A stretch of 64,000 bases of DNA, from contig NC_091285.1 of the NCBI RefSeq assembly GCF_032444005.1, positions 670,964,001-671,028,000 on the forward strand. The letters run 5' to 3'. Position 1 is the first letter of the stretch. Every line of letters begins with the position of its first letter. This DNA comes from Ranitomeya imitator. Taxonomy: Eukaryota. Positions 12,229-25,300 of this stretch are shown piece after piece. Position numbers and translations under genes: made by a program. The notes under the pieces are model-generated. The model was not told where the DNA came from. It worked only from the letters and a program-made list of their open reading frames with translations, and ran no database searches.

Positions 12229-15171
12229 TCAGCTCTCGGGAAGATTTCTGCAGATTACGGAGATACGGCGATCTCGCGGCACCGGCATGCCATTGAAGAA
12301 GGACTCCTCTCCGCGCAGGATTTCATGTGTAAACTTGTAGCGAGCGGCACCGCTGAGATGAAAAGTGAACAAAGTGTGAGTGACGTCCAAATAAAAATAG
12401 ACAATGCAGCACGGCCATAGGATCTTACGGGTAGGTGGCCATACAACAGAGTTGGTGCAAATTGACTCAGAGGACTCGGTCCATTGACCACATCAGTAGT
12501 CTGTGACTGCTGGAGCCTTCACGACCACCTCTTACACAACGGCATGTGTCTCTCCTCTTGATTAGCCGGCCTGTCATGATGACATTGTTGCAGAGTGACG
12601 TCGCTGCAGGTCGGCTAATCAATAGAAAAGATGTGGATGCCATCAGGTAAGAGGCGGGTCTCCCATCCAGCAGCCACATATTACCCAGGTGGCCAACGGA
12701 CCAGGTCCTTCAATCGATCTGCACCAACTCTCCCATAAGCCTTTTAACCTAGCCATTCTCCAGCCCCCATTAGATCTGCATGGCTGCCTCTACTGTTAAT
12801 GTACATGCTCTCAATAGGGGATATCTTGCTGGCAGACACCTCTGGCAGCAGGTTTTCTTCTGAGAACAAACGATTGGGCATGTTAACATCTAACGTGTCC
12901 AATCCACCTTCCCTACTTCCAACATCTGCCATTAGAGGAAAGTCTGGACACCCCATACACTTTGCATAGACGGCTGGGTTCAGTCACCATTAGTGCAATG
13001 GGTACGGCCATTTTTAACAGGATCAGCTAACAATCTGCGAGGTCTTTCCCTAAAGGTACCTTCACACTGAACAACTTAACAACGATATCGCTAGCGATCT
13101 GTGACGTTGCAGCGTCCTGGATAGCGATATCGTTGTGTTTGACACGCAGCAGCGATCTGGATCCTGCTGTAACATCGTTGGTCGGAGCAGAAAGGCCAGA
13201 ACTTTATTTCGTCGCTGGATCACCCGCTGACATCGCTGAATCGGCATGTGTGACGCCGATTCAGCGATGTCTTCACTGGTAACCAGGGTAAATATCGGGT
13301 TACTAAGTGTAAATGTATTTACCAGTGTAAATGTAAAAAAAAAAAAAAAAAAAACAGTACATACTTACATTTCGGGGTCTGTCGCGTCCCCCGGCGTTCT
13401 GCTTCCCTGCACTGTGTCAGCGCCGGCTGGCCGTAAAGCAGAGCACAGCGGTGATGTCACCGCTGTGCTTTACGGCCGGCGCTTACACAGTGCAGGGAAG
13501 CTGACGCCGGGGGACGCGACAGACACCGGAATTTAAGTATGTAGTGTTTGTTTTTTTTACATTTACACTGGTAACCAGGGTAAATATCGGGTTACTAAGC
13601 GCGGCCCTGCGCTTAGTAACCCGATGTTTACCCTGGTTACCCGGGGACTTCGGCATCGTTGGTCGCTGGAGAGCTGTCTGTGTGACAGCTCTCCAGCGAC
13701 GCTGCAGCGATCGGCATCGTTGTCTAGATCGCTGCAGCGTCGCTAAATGTGACGGTACCTTAAGACACGAGTAGAGTAATGGAGCACACAAGCGTGAAGC
13801 CTGGACTACTGACCTCATTATATAAAGGCAGCGTCTGGGCAGCAATAGATCTGCGCGCTCCTCTCCATTTTCCACAGACACCAGGCGCATGACGCTGCTG
13901 GATAACAAGCAGATCCCGGCAATGGTGCCACCACAGAACTGGTGAAGGAGAGTCAGCGTGAGCTCAGTATAGGAGTCCTCTACTCAGTGCCAGGACCTAG
14001 CCTACCACACATCCTCACCTTCACGCTGTCCACGTGCGGTTTGATGTATCCATCTTTCTGAAGGTCTAAGACATGGACGAGGGACAGCTGGTTCTCTCCG
14101 GGGGGGAATGCCTTGTCTCTCACCCTCTGTATGACAGCGGAGGAGTCTGGGGACCAGTGCAGACGCTCAACCTCCCGGAAGCCATGGATCGCCTGCAGAG
14201 AGAGAAGATGTACATATGGTAAAGTAATGGCAGCGCAGCCCATCCACCATCTGCTGGCTATCGGGGGCGAGAAGAAGTCGGGCACTTATAGAGAAGTACT
14301 GAGGAGTGCAGCTGTGAATCCAGCACTTGGGATCAGGAAGAAAACACTTATTAGAAAGCAGCAGTAAGGTGCATGTCTGTAGGCAGCAGCAATCTGATCC
14401 ATCAGTCACCTGACAGGACACGTTGTCTTAAAGGTATAGTTACATCTTCATAAAAGGAGTATAGTCAGTTAAAAAAAAGCAATTTTGCAATTTACTGCTT
14501 GTTAAAATTATTAACCGTTCTTGAGATGTTAATACTTTTTTCTTTTGTTCGCAGCTCGTTGCCTTGGAGATCGACCACTGCTGCAAGACAGCAGAACACA
14601 CAGTGCTTACAAGCTATGAAGCAGCGGTGGTCGGTCTCCTAGGCAACGAGCTGCAAAAATAAAAGTGAATATCTCAAGAACGGCTGCAAATTTTAAGAAG
14701 CAGTAAACTGAAGACAAGCTGGAATTTACAAGAGCGGCCCGTCTGTGGCGCCGGGGATATCCCGATTTTAGGGCGAATACTGATAAGTGGCCCAAACACA
14801 TCACAGGGGATATGACCCTATTCAGACGTCTGCGGCAGAGGGGCGACATTGTGGGGAAGACGTCCCCGGGCACTCACGTCATCCCAATGGCCGCTCTCAT
14901 AGCGCTTCTTCCTCAGTACAGGCTCCAGCTCCCGGCACAGGGCGGCCTCCTCCTCGGCAGTAATGAAGTCCGGCTGCAGGGTGAGGCCGGGGGACAGCTG
15001 GGACAGCACGGCTGCGGAGGACGGAAACACCTGGTTATCCGGCAGCGGAGCCGCATAATGGAACCGGCACCAGATTCCCGGTGTTACCACAGCAAGACCC
15101 CGCGGCCTATTCACAGCGCAGAACCACCGCCGAAGGTTACCAAGGCAACAGCGACCACTGGACGCCGCCAT
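12229..15171 (-). CDS. ALKBH7: Alpha-ketoglutarate-dependent dioxygenase AlkB homolog 7, mitochondrial; exons 15171-14878, 14192-14019, 13938-13814, 12352-12229 (238 aa)
   Basis: All introns GT-AG with matching phases (0, 0, 2). Protein has an Arg-rich targeting sequence MAASSGRCC.., GHWDD/AIHGFRE, the Fe-binding HVD in [23 protein letters not shown] and [13 protein letters not shown]. Confidence 0.96.
13054..13760. mobile_element. PIF/Harbinger-type non-autonomous MITE in ALKBH7 intron 3
   Basis: TAA|AGGTACCTTCAC...GTGACGGTACCT|TAA (3-bp TSD) with internal hairpins; same family as 25332-26064. Confidence 0.85.
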
Positions 15172-15370
15172 CTTGTGACTGCGCACTGCATTCTGGGATG
15201 GGCAGGGAGCGCTACTCAGGAAGTGCCCGAAGTAACCAATCAGATCTCAGCTCTCTTTGTAGCAAGGCACTTTGGAAAATGAAATGTGTTACCTGATTGG
15301 TTGCCATTTTTATCATCTTCCCCCCCTCCTCACTGTAACTTGTTCATAGTTTATGGGACTTGTAGTCCTC
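15172..15370. promoter_or_regulatory. CpG-associated promoter of ALKBH7, likely bidirectional with the SSX2IP-like gene
   Basis: YY1-like AAGATGGCGGC over the ATG, ETS-like CAGGAAGTG (~15217), CCAAT boxes in both orientations (~15236, ~15296) and ZNF143-like GGGACTTGTAGTC at 15355-15367. Confidence 0.65.
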
Positions 15371-15599
15371 AATTCTTTACTTTTATAATCTTCCCAATTT
15401 ACCATGGAGAAATAATGCTCAGTGCACACATACTCTGTTTTATTGATAGCACTATACAATGATATTCTTGTCCACCAATCTCAAATTATTAGTGTAAGTA
15501 TCCAAAAGCCCATCACCCAAACACCAGTCTGTAATAATCTGAAATATAGCACAATCCTGGTGCTCCCCCAACATAGTAAAGGTATATCTGGTAAAATAG

Positions 15600-17262
15600 C
15601 ATCTGCAGTGCCCCCATAATAATAGCGATATCCAGAGTGCCCCCATAATAACAGCGATATCCACAGTACCCCCATAATATCACCGATATCCACAGTGCCC
15701 CCATAATAACAGCGATATCCACAGTGCCCCCATAATAACAGCGATATCCACAGTGCCCCCATAATAACAGCGATATCCACAGTGCCCCCATAATAACAGC
15801 GATATCCACAGTGCCCCCATAATAACAGCGATAGCCACAGTGCCCCCATAATAACAGCGATATCCACAGTGCCCCCATAATAACAGCGATATCCACAGTG
15901 CCCCCATAATAACAGCGATATCCACAGTGCCCCCATAATAACAGCGATATCCACAGTGCCCCCATAATAACAGCGATATCCACAGTGCCCCCATAATAAC
16001 AGCGATATCCACAGTGCCCCCATAATAACAGCGATATCCACAGTGCCCCCATAATAACAGCGATATCCACAGTGCCCCCATAATAACAGCGATATCCACA
16101 GTGCCCCCATAATAACAGCGATATCCACAGTGCCCCCATAATAACAGCGATATCCACAGTGCCCCCATAATAACAGCGATATCCACAGTGCCCCCATAAT
16201 AACAGCGATATCCACAGTGCCCCCATAATAACAGCGATATCCACAGTGCCCCATAATAACAGCGATATCCACAGTGCCCCCATAATAACAGCGATATCCA
16301 CAGTGCCCCCATAATAACAGCGATATCCACAGTGCCCCCATAATAACAGCGATATCCACAGTGCCCCCATAGTAACAGCGATATCCACAGTGCCCCCATA
16401 GTAACAGCGATATCCACAGTGCCCCATAGTAACAGCGATATCCACAGTGCCCCCATAATAACAGCGATATCCACAGTGCCCCCATAATAACAGCGATATC
16501 CACAGTACCCCCATAATAACAGCGATATCCACAGTGCCCCCATAATAACAGCGATATCCACAGTGCCCCCATAATAACAGCGATATCCACAGTGCCTCCA
16601 TAATAACAGCGATATCCACAGTGCCCCCATAATAACAGCGATATCCACAGTGCCTCCATAATAACAGCGATATCCACAGTGCCCCCATAATAACAGCGAT
16701 ATCCACAGTGCCCCCATAATAACAGTGATATCCACAGTGCCCCCATAATAACAGTGATATCCACAGTGCCCCCATAACAGTGATATCCACAGTGCCCCCA
16801 TAATAACAGTGATATCCACAGTGTCCCCATAATAACAGTGATATCCACAGTGCCCCCATAATAACAGTGATATCCACAGTGCCTCATAATAACAGTGATA
16901 TCCACAGTGCCCCCATAACAGTGATATCCACAGTGCCCCCATAATAACAGTGATATCCACAGTGTCCCCATAATAACAGTGATATCCACAGTGCCCCCAT
17001 AATAACAGTGATATCCACAGTGTCCCCATAATAACAGTGATATCCACAGTGCCCCCATAATAACAGTGATATCCACAGTGCCTCATAATAACAGTGATAT
17101 CCACAGTGCCCCCATAATAACAGTGATATCCACAGTGTCCCCATAATAACAGTGATATCCACAGTGCCCCATAATAACAGTGATATCCACAGTGTCTCCA
17201 TAATAACAGCGATATCCACAGTGCCCCCATAACAGTGATATCCACCGTGCCCCAATAACAGC
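15600..17262. repeat. 29-bp minisatellite (CAGTGCCCCCATAATAACAGCGATATCCA), about 57 copies
   Basis: Period measured 15722 to 15751; source of the spurious long ORFs here. Confidence 0.97.
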
Positions 17263-17439
17263 GGAGTACAGCACTTGACCATGTCCATCAGTCCCACGGG
17301 CAAAAACAAAGTGTGATAACGTTGTATGAACATCTCATAAAGCTCTGTTCACACGTTTGCTGCTTTTTTTCTTTGTAAGATCAAATAAAAAAATATTTTT
17401 TTAATTTGCCGTGACTCTACCATGATTCTCAACCATATC

Positions 17440-17530
17440 GGGGACAGTGATGATAATGTGTGCAAAACTGTAAAGCGCTGCGGAATATGTTAGCGCTATA
17501 TAAAAATAAAGATTATTATATTATTATAAT
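17440..17530 (+). mobile_element. LINE/SINE 3' tail fragment (..GCGCTGCGGAATATGTTAGCGCTATATAAAAATAAAG-(ATT)n)
   Basis: Reverse complement of 41350-41432. Confidence 0.6.
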
Positions 17531-18295
17531 GACCGCACCTCGTGAACGCAGCCTCAGGACACCTCCGCACAGGGTGGACTTGCTGCAGATTTCACCCTCT
17601 GCGGTGCCGCATACAGTGACGCCCGTGTTCCTGGCGCAGACCTATGGGGGGGCCGTAACGCTTCTATTTCACCTATGGAGATGGTGGTACGTTAGAGATG
17701 AGAGAATCCATTCACAAGACCTAGGGCCCTGTCTAGGTGTGTGATTACCTGTCAGGCCTAATTTTGCCTCAGCAGTTCAGGAGTTAATAGTGTGCAGCTG
17801 ATCCCCACAGGGCAATTAGAGGGAGTTGTTATATATCACCACAGACATGGCAGCCATTTTTCTGTAGTTTACTTTGACACTGGCGACCATAAGTCAGCAG
17901 CGTTGTAGAAGACAAATCTAATACTGCGCTGTAGCTGCGCCTTCTCCCAAGAGCTCACAATCAGCAGACACTGGTAAGGAGTGCTGTGTCTTATAGTCCC
18001 GTCAGTCGTTTTTTTTCCAAAACGTGGCAAAAACCTCAATGACCCCAAAGTGTGAACACTCCCTGTGCTGCCCTACTGCACGTGATGGCCTCACTGACTG
18101 CTATGGAAATTACTTCTATTGACCTTGGTTGTCATTTGTTTTAGTGCATTTGTATATGGAAATATTGTAGCTGGATGGTGTTTACTGTATAGAGTCCACG
18201 GACACTAATTACTAATGTGCCAGCTGCCGAAAATAACCGTCCTGTGTAGCCTAGGTGCCAGGGAAACATCAGGAAGCCTTGGAGGGGGATTATTG

Positions 18296-18905
18296 GAATA
18301 AGCGGTTACAGGGTAATAAGAGGATCAGGAGCTGGGTTACTGTAATAAGAGGTTACAGGGTAATAAGAGGATCAGGAGCCGGGTAACTGTAATAAGAGGT
18401 TACAGGGTAATAAGAGGATCAGGAGCCGGGTTACTGTAATAAGAGGTTACAGGGTAATAAGAGGATCAGGAGCCGGGTTACTGTAATAAGAGGTTACAGG
18501 GTAATAAGAGGATCAGGAGCCGGGTTACTGTAATAAGAGGTTACAGGGTAATAAGAGGATCAGGAGCCGGGTTACTGTAATAAGAGGTTACAGGGTAATA
18601 AGAGGATCAGGAGCCGGGTTACTGTAATAAGAGGTTACAGGGGTAATAAGAGGATCAGGAGCCGGGTTACTGTAATAAGAGGATCAGGAGCCGGGTTACT
18701 GTAATAAGAGGGTACAGGGGTAATAAGAGGATCAGGAGCCGGGTTACTGTAATAAGAGGGTACAGGGGTAATAAGAGGATCAGGAGCCGGGTTACTGTAA
18801 TAAGAGGTTACAGGGGTAATAAGAGGATCAGGAGCCGGGTTACTGTAATAAGAGGATCAGGAGTCGGGTTACTGTAATAAGAGGATCAGGAGCCGGGTTA
18901 CTATA
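18296..18905. repeat. 47-bp compound minisatellite (17 + 30 nt subunits sharing GTAATAAGAGG)
   Basis: Period measured 18428 to 18475. Confidence 0.95.
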
Positions 18906-19303
18906 ATATTAAAAAAAAATAAAAAAATCAGCGCAATAGTGAAGATTAAAACACACAAATGATGCCAGATTAACCACAATGTAACTGTGGAATCTTTTAT
19001 GGAAACTGGGGTTGCAATGCATATTGTCATGATTAAGTTATATTTTAATTATTTTTTTTTCACTCCAATTGGATTAGTTAGTGAATATTTAATTATATTT
19101 TTTGGAGAAATCATAAATATTGGTCTTCTTTGAATTCATTGGGTTACTGTAAAAAGTGTCACGAGCTGGGTTAATGTTTAGTTTTTCAAGTTTAGGGATA
19201 CTAGGAGACATTTTATGGATTTAGATTAACAATAACCCTAATGTCCATTTGTTTTTTTCCCTTTTTGTGACGATTCTCTGCCCTATAAGAGGTATTAGGA
19301 GCC

Positions 19304-22300
19304 ATGCATCGCTCGTCAGGGATGTCAGACAAAAATGTCCGTGAACTTCTGTCAGAGAATACGGAGCTGAAGAAATTCCATGAGCAGATGAGGAGAGAAG
19401 TGCAGGCCATCCTCGGCAGACATGAAGGCGTCCTCAGCGTGGTGACTAGAGATGTATGTCTGTCACGTCACAACCTCCTATTCCACCGTGAATGTCCACC
19501 TGTAAGTTTATTTTTACCTATGATATGTCGTTCAGGATTCAACAGCAGTAAACAAGCGTACGGGAGCCGGACGTACGAGACCCAACCGTGTTGGGGATGT
19601 TGGGTTAACAGCAAGCCTAAAGAAACAGTGGAACAGCCTCAAGCAGCTGGTGGAGATCCTGGAAGCTCGAGGTGAGGAGAAGAAACTAATTCTACTCATT
19701 GTGTGGAATTGATGGACACAGGCTTTGTAGCAATGTGTCCTTAGGCTGGCATAGCCAACAGTTCGATGTTTGATGCTTTTGTCAAGGCTTCACCTTATTT
19801 ACTTTTCTTCTCTGTAGCGACGCAGGCCAATGTGATTAGCGTGACTGACCATGAGAAGGAACTGACCCGACTCAAGAAGGAGGTAGAGGAGCTTAAAGAA
19901 GAGCTAGGACAGAGCCAGGAGTTGATCACTCAACAGCAACAGCTATTACAGGTCTGCGGGGTGCACGGATGGGGCGATACAGGATGTTGAGGGTTTCGTT
20001 TATTGCCTGATTGGCAATTTTGCATCATGGATCAGATAATATAGGTTATACGAAGATGGAAGTGTGCTTGTATAGGCCATTGAGATGGAGGGGGGTAATT
20101 TTTTCTTTTTTTTTTTTTTCTTTTAAGTGCATGGGTATTGGGATCAAGGGGGTATGGAAGCTTGATTGTTTGGCTGATGGCAAGAAAGCAGAGCCAGTGA
20201 CTGCAATGGTTGCTTGTGGAAAAAAGGAGCCAATGGCTGCAATGGTTGATGGTGGCAAAGTGGAGTCAATGGTGGCAGTGGTTGATGGGAAAGTGGAGCC
20301 AATGGTGGCAGTGGTTGACAATGAGAAAACAGAGCTTGTGGTGGCGATGGTTGATTGTGAGTAATAGGGTCCAATGGTTGACGGTGGGAAAGTGGAGACA
20401 ATTATGGCAATGGTTGACGGTGGGAAAGTGAAGCAATGGTGGCAATGGTTGACTTTATGAAAGCGGAGACAATGGCGGCAATGGTTGACGGTGGGAAAGT
20501 GAAGCCAATTTTGGCAATAGTTGAAAGTGGGAAAGAGAAGCCAATGGTGGCAATAGGCAGACTTCTGGACCCACTGAGCTCAGGTTGTAAGAGATCAAAA
20601 TACTTATACCAGTCTTTTCCAGGGCATAAATGCATATGGTGCCAGCCAAAAGGGAGTGATAACCAGTAAGGAAACCATTGTTAGAATATATTTATTAACC
20701 CTGTTCTGGAAACATTGAAGGTTTTTCTATCCATGTCTTGCCCAGGACCAGTTGATGCCACTGCCTGGTGAGGGTCAGCAATCTCCTCTCTGGGATGCAT
20801 ACTTCTTGGAAGAACAGCTGAGATTACAACAAGACCGTGCGGCCTTCGAGGAGCATAAGCTGGCCTTTCAGGATGAGCGGGATAAGTTTACGGAGGCGGC
20901 TATCCGTCTGGGAAGAGAGGTAACAGCAGAATCATTGCTTATGTAACCTCATTATGATAATAGGACGGGGCTCAACAACTTGATCTCCAAATGTTAGATC
21001 CATGTTGTCAGACTAAACTAATCTTCTGATAAAGTGGAAGTCAACTAGTCCATAGTTAAGATGAAACCAAATGTGGGGAGGATCTCCTCCCCCCCCCCCC
21101 TTCCCCATTGCTGCCATAGCCCTCAATTCTTGAGAACTACATAACCTGTCCGTCTTGGGATCTCTTCCATTTCCCAGCAGCAAGGCTTTGTTAACCAGTG
21201 AGTAATGTTTTCTGCAGCGTCTCCAGTTTAAGGCCGATCAGGCTCTTTTCATGAAGCAGCAGTTTTTGAGCATGACCCCTAGTCTGGGGACACCTCCGTG
21301 GAAGAAGACTCCTCCGTGGTCATCACTTAGTGAGTACGCTTATTTCCTGAGGTTGTGTATAGGGCATGGCAGGTATTTGGAACAAAATACTTGACAAGTT
21401 GGATTATAGCCTAATTGACTCTTTGTTTTTACGCTTCACCACGACAGCACCCACAATGAGAGAGGGACCCGCCCATAGGAACAGGAAACCTACAGAGATA
21501 AAAAGGGCGCTCCTCCTCTCCTCCTCAGTTGGTTTCCTGTTCTTATCGGAAATCCCTGGAATACCTACATGGACGGAGGTGGTTGGAGCACCTCCAGATT
21601 ACCTGAGCCTGTGCACTCGCCTGTGTGGTTTCCGTGCGAACAGCAGGGGCTGCGGCGTGAGTAGCAGCGTCGGGGGAGCCACTGCATGCTGCCTCCCCCC
21701 TCGTCTGATCACATTCCTGGCAGGTTCCGGGCAGCAGGCCCGACCTATGGAGTGGAGGACGCAGAAGCGGTCGCTTCTAGGAGGTGGCGCCGGCGGCATC
21801 TCCTGGGTAAGTGCGCTCTGCCTCACTGAACCGGAAGTAGTGGGATCACTTCTGGTTCACGGCCCCGGCGCGCTGGGAAAAAAAAAGCCGCACAGTTTAA
21901 ATTTGGAGCCGGGACACAGCAATCGTGCTCAGAATGGCGTCTCCGGTGCAGGAAGAGCATCCACTAGCAGTGGAGCAGGATAGCGCTGGCAAGGACAGCA
22001 GCGTAAAGGCTCAGTCTGCATCAAAGCCTTTGAGAAAGTGGTTGCTCTGCTAATGGGTCTGACACTCATACAAGAAGAAGTAGAGATACGGATCTACTTA
22101 GACTCCGCACAGCGTCTCCACCTCCAAGACCGGTATAATGAATGCTTCACTGGGTGAGTGTATATAATCCTCTACCTATAAGCTGATCCCTTCCTTCTCT
22201 ATCCCTCTCCCCATGGGCTAAGAAAACCAGTAAATCGAAGCATAAGGAGTGCACCGTGTGTACAGCCCCTGCCCGATTCATATCCAAAAAGGTTGTGTCC

Positions 22301-25300
22301 AAGCTGCATAAATCAAACCTTACAGGACGAGGCTGCGGTTACAAGCACTAATATCAGGGCCATAATTAGGCAGGAGATCCAATCTTTGGGATCAAAAAGC
22401 CTAAAAAAACAAGAAAGCAAAATCTTTCCCTCGTTTCTCGTTTAGAGTCTGAGGAGGGTTTAATCCGGTCCTCTAATACCTCGGGATCATCATCCAGTTC
22501 TTCTGAGGATGAGGGCGGCGCATGCTTTCCGCTTGATAGTATAGACAATCTTATAAAATCAGTGAGAAACACTATATGGGTTGTCCAGACACTAAAGGGG
22601 TAAGATCAGCTCAGGATATCATGTTCGCAAGCCTAGGTCGCAAAAAAACGGCTAGCTTTCCCAGTTGTTTCCGCCATCAAAGACCTTGTAAAAAAAAAAA
22701 ATGGGACAAACAAAGGAAGGGGTTTCTCCCATCCTCTTCTAAAAGGCGTTACCCCTTCAGTGATGGAGTTAAGTATGGTCCAAGGTTCCAAAAGTGGATG
22801 TGGCGGTGGCATCCACCTCGAAACAGTCATCTCTCCCTGTGGAAGATGCAGGAATCTTACTAGACCCATTAGACTGTAAAACCGAAGCTCTTCTTAAAAG
22901 GTCTTGGGTGACAAATACAGGAGCCTTTAAGCCCGCCATATCAAGTACATGTACAGCTAGGTCATTATTAGTATGGAAAGAACAGCTGGAGCAACAGGTA
23001 AAAGGCAAAGTGACGAGAGACAAAATCTTACAAGCAGTTCCATTGATTAGAAGTGCTGCGGCATTCTTAGCTGATGCTTCAGCAGATTCTCTAAGGCTGG
23101 CAGCAAGATCAGCGGGCCTTGTCAATGCAGCTCGTCTAGCCCTCTGACTGAAAGGATGGAAGGGGGATGCACAGTCTAAATCTAGATTATGTACAATCCC
23201 GTGCCAGGGTGAGTTCCTGTTTGGAAAGGTTCTTGATGACCTACTCAATAAAGCAGGAGAAAGAAGGAAGGGATTTCCTAAACAGTTTCTTCCTTCTTAT
23301 GGGAGAGCGTTTAGAAGACGGCCATTTAACAGAAGGAGGCCGTATGAGCCGCAAAGAGATCGTTGGGAAACTAAGGAAACAAAACCGAAAGGTGCCTTAT
23401 TCAGTAACCCCGAAACATCTAGACGTGGTAGATACCCTTAGTAATGAAATCCCGGTGGGTGGAAGACTGAAATTTTTCCATCGACAGTGGGAACACATAA
23501 CCTCAAATCAGTGGATCCTTTGCATAGTTAGATCTGGACTAAAATTAGAGTTCTTTAAGCTACCACAGGATACTTTTATTATAACATCAGTGAAAGCGCT
23601 GGAACAGCAAAAAGCGCTTCAGTTAGAAATTCGAAGCCTTTTGGCTAAGAATGTTCTCATAGAAGTACCAAGAAATCAGGAAGGGAGGGGATTTTATTCT
23701 CCTTTATTTCTGGTTCCAAAACTGGATGGTACTTTTCGTACTATAATAAATCTAAAAAAAAGAATTCCCTTTTACATGAACACACCTTTAAAATGGAATC
23801 AACAAGGTCTACTATTAAACTTTTGTTTCCTAGGTGCTTTATGACGGGTCTAGATTTGAAGGATGCGTACCATCTTCCCATTCATGCAGAACACCAACAA
23901 TACCTCAGAGTAGCGGTAAATCTACAGGGCCGGATCCGTCACTTCCAATTTACAGCCATGCCATTCGGCCTTTCCATGGCTCCTCAGGTTTTCACAAAAG
24001 TTATGCTCGAGGTGATGGCTTATCTGCGTCATCAGGATACGTTAATTGTGCCTTATCTAGATGACTTCCTAATAATTGGAAATTCAGCCTCACAATGTAA
24101 AGAACGCTTGACTAATACCATTTCATCGTTACAGGCTTTAGGTTGGATTGTGAACTTCAAAAAATCCAGACTACATCCGGAAACCCTTCAGTCCTTCCTA
24201 GGACTAATCTTGGACTCTGAAAGTCAAAGATGTCTCTTACCAGAAACCAAAAAAAAAAAACATAATCTCAAAAGTTACTATGGCAAGGTCTAATCCTCAA
24301 ATGTCCCTGAGATGCCATGTCTCTCTTGGGTTCACTCTCCTCCTGCATTCCTGCGGTTCAATGGGCCCAATATCATACTAGAGACTTACAACACCAGATT
24401 CTTTATACACAATCACATTGCCATGGTCATTTAAATACAAATATTACCCTGTCTAAAGACATGCTTGATTCACTCCTTTGGTGGTTAGATAAAACCCATT
24501 TGTCCAGAGGAATCTCATGGACGATAACACCCTCGAAATTAGTCACTACTGATGCAGGTCCAGAGGGGTGGAGGGCCCATCTGGATCAAAATATAGCTCA
24601 AGGCCGCTGGAATTCTGAAGAAATTCAGCAGTCCTCCAACTGGAAAGAACTAAATGCGGTTTATTATGCCTTGAATTTTTTCCTTCCCCAGCTCCGAGGA
24701 TCTCATATCAGAATCCTGTCAGACAATACGACGGTCGTCACATATTTAAATCGTCAAGGCGGAACGCGATCGGGAAGTCTGTGTTCAGTGGCAAACATCT
24801 TCAACTTGGCAGAACCCAATTTTCTATCACTCACAGCTCTCCATATCAGAGGAGTAGAAAACTCAAAGGCCGACTTCCTAAGTCGCCACACGCTCCGCCA
24901 GGGAGAATGGACTCTCAATCCTCAAATATTCAAGAGCATAGTGGACATATGGGGTCTTCCACAAATAGATTTGTTTGCAACCAGGAACAACAGACAGGTA
25001 CCAATATTCGCCTCCTTAAATACAGCAGATCATCCAGATATGATAGACTCGCTCCAGTATCCATGGAAATACGATCTGGCCTATGCTTTCCCACCAATGA
25101 TGTTAATCCCGTTAGTCATCAAAAAGATAAGGGAAGAGAAAGCAAGGGTGATATTGATAGCACCATTTTGACCAAAAAGGCCCTGCTTCTCCTGTCTTTG
25201 AGGGAAGTCAGTTTGCGATCCCTGGATTCTGCCAATGATCCCAGACCTACTGTCTCAGGGTCCATTCTACCACCAGCAAGTGAAAAGTCTTCACCTAACG

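Noticed and set aside
15481-17333. Long minus-strand ORFs of 450-530 aa (MDITVIMGALW..)
   Set aside because: Translations of the 29-bp minisatellite, open in all three frames; no protein signal.
21366-21983. 205-aa ORF
   Set aside because: Runs through the DIRS left ITR and leader; no recognisable domain.
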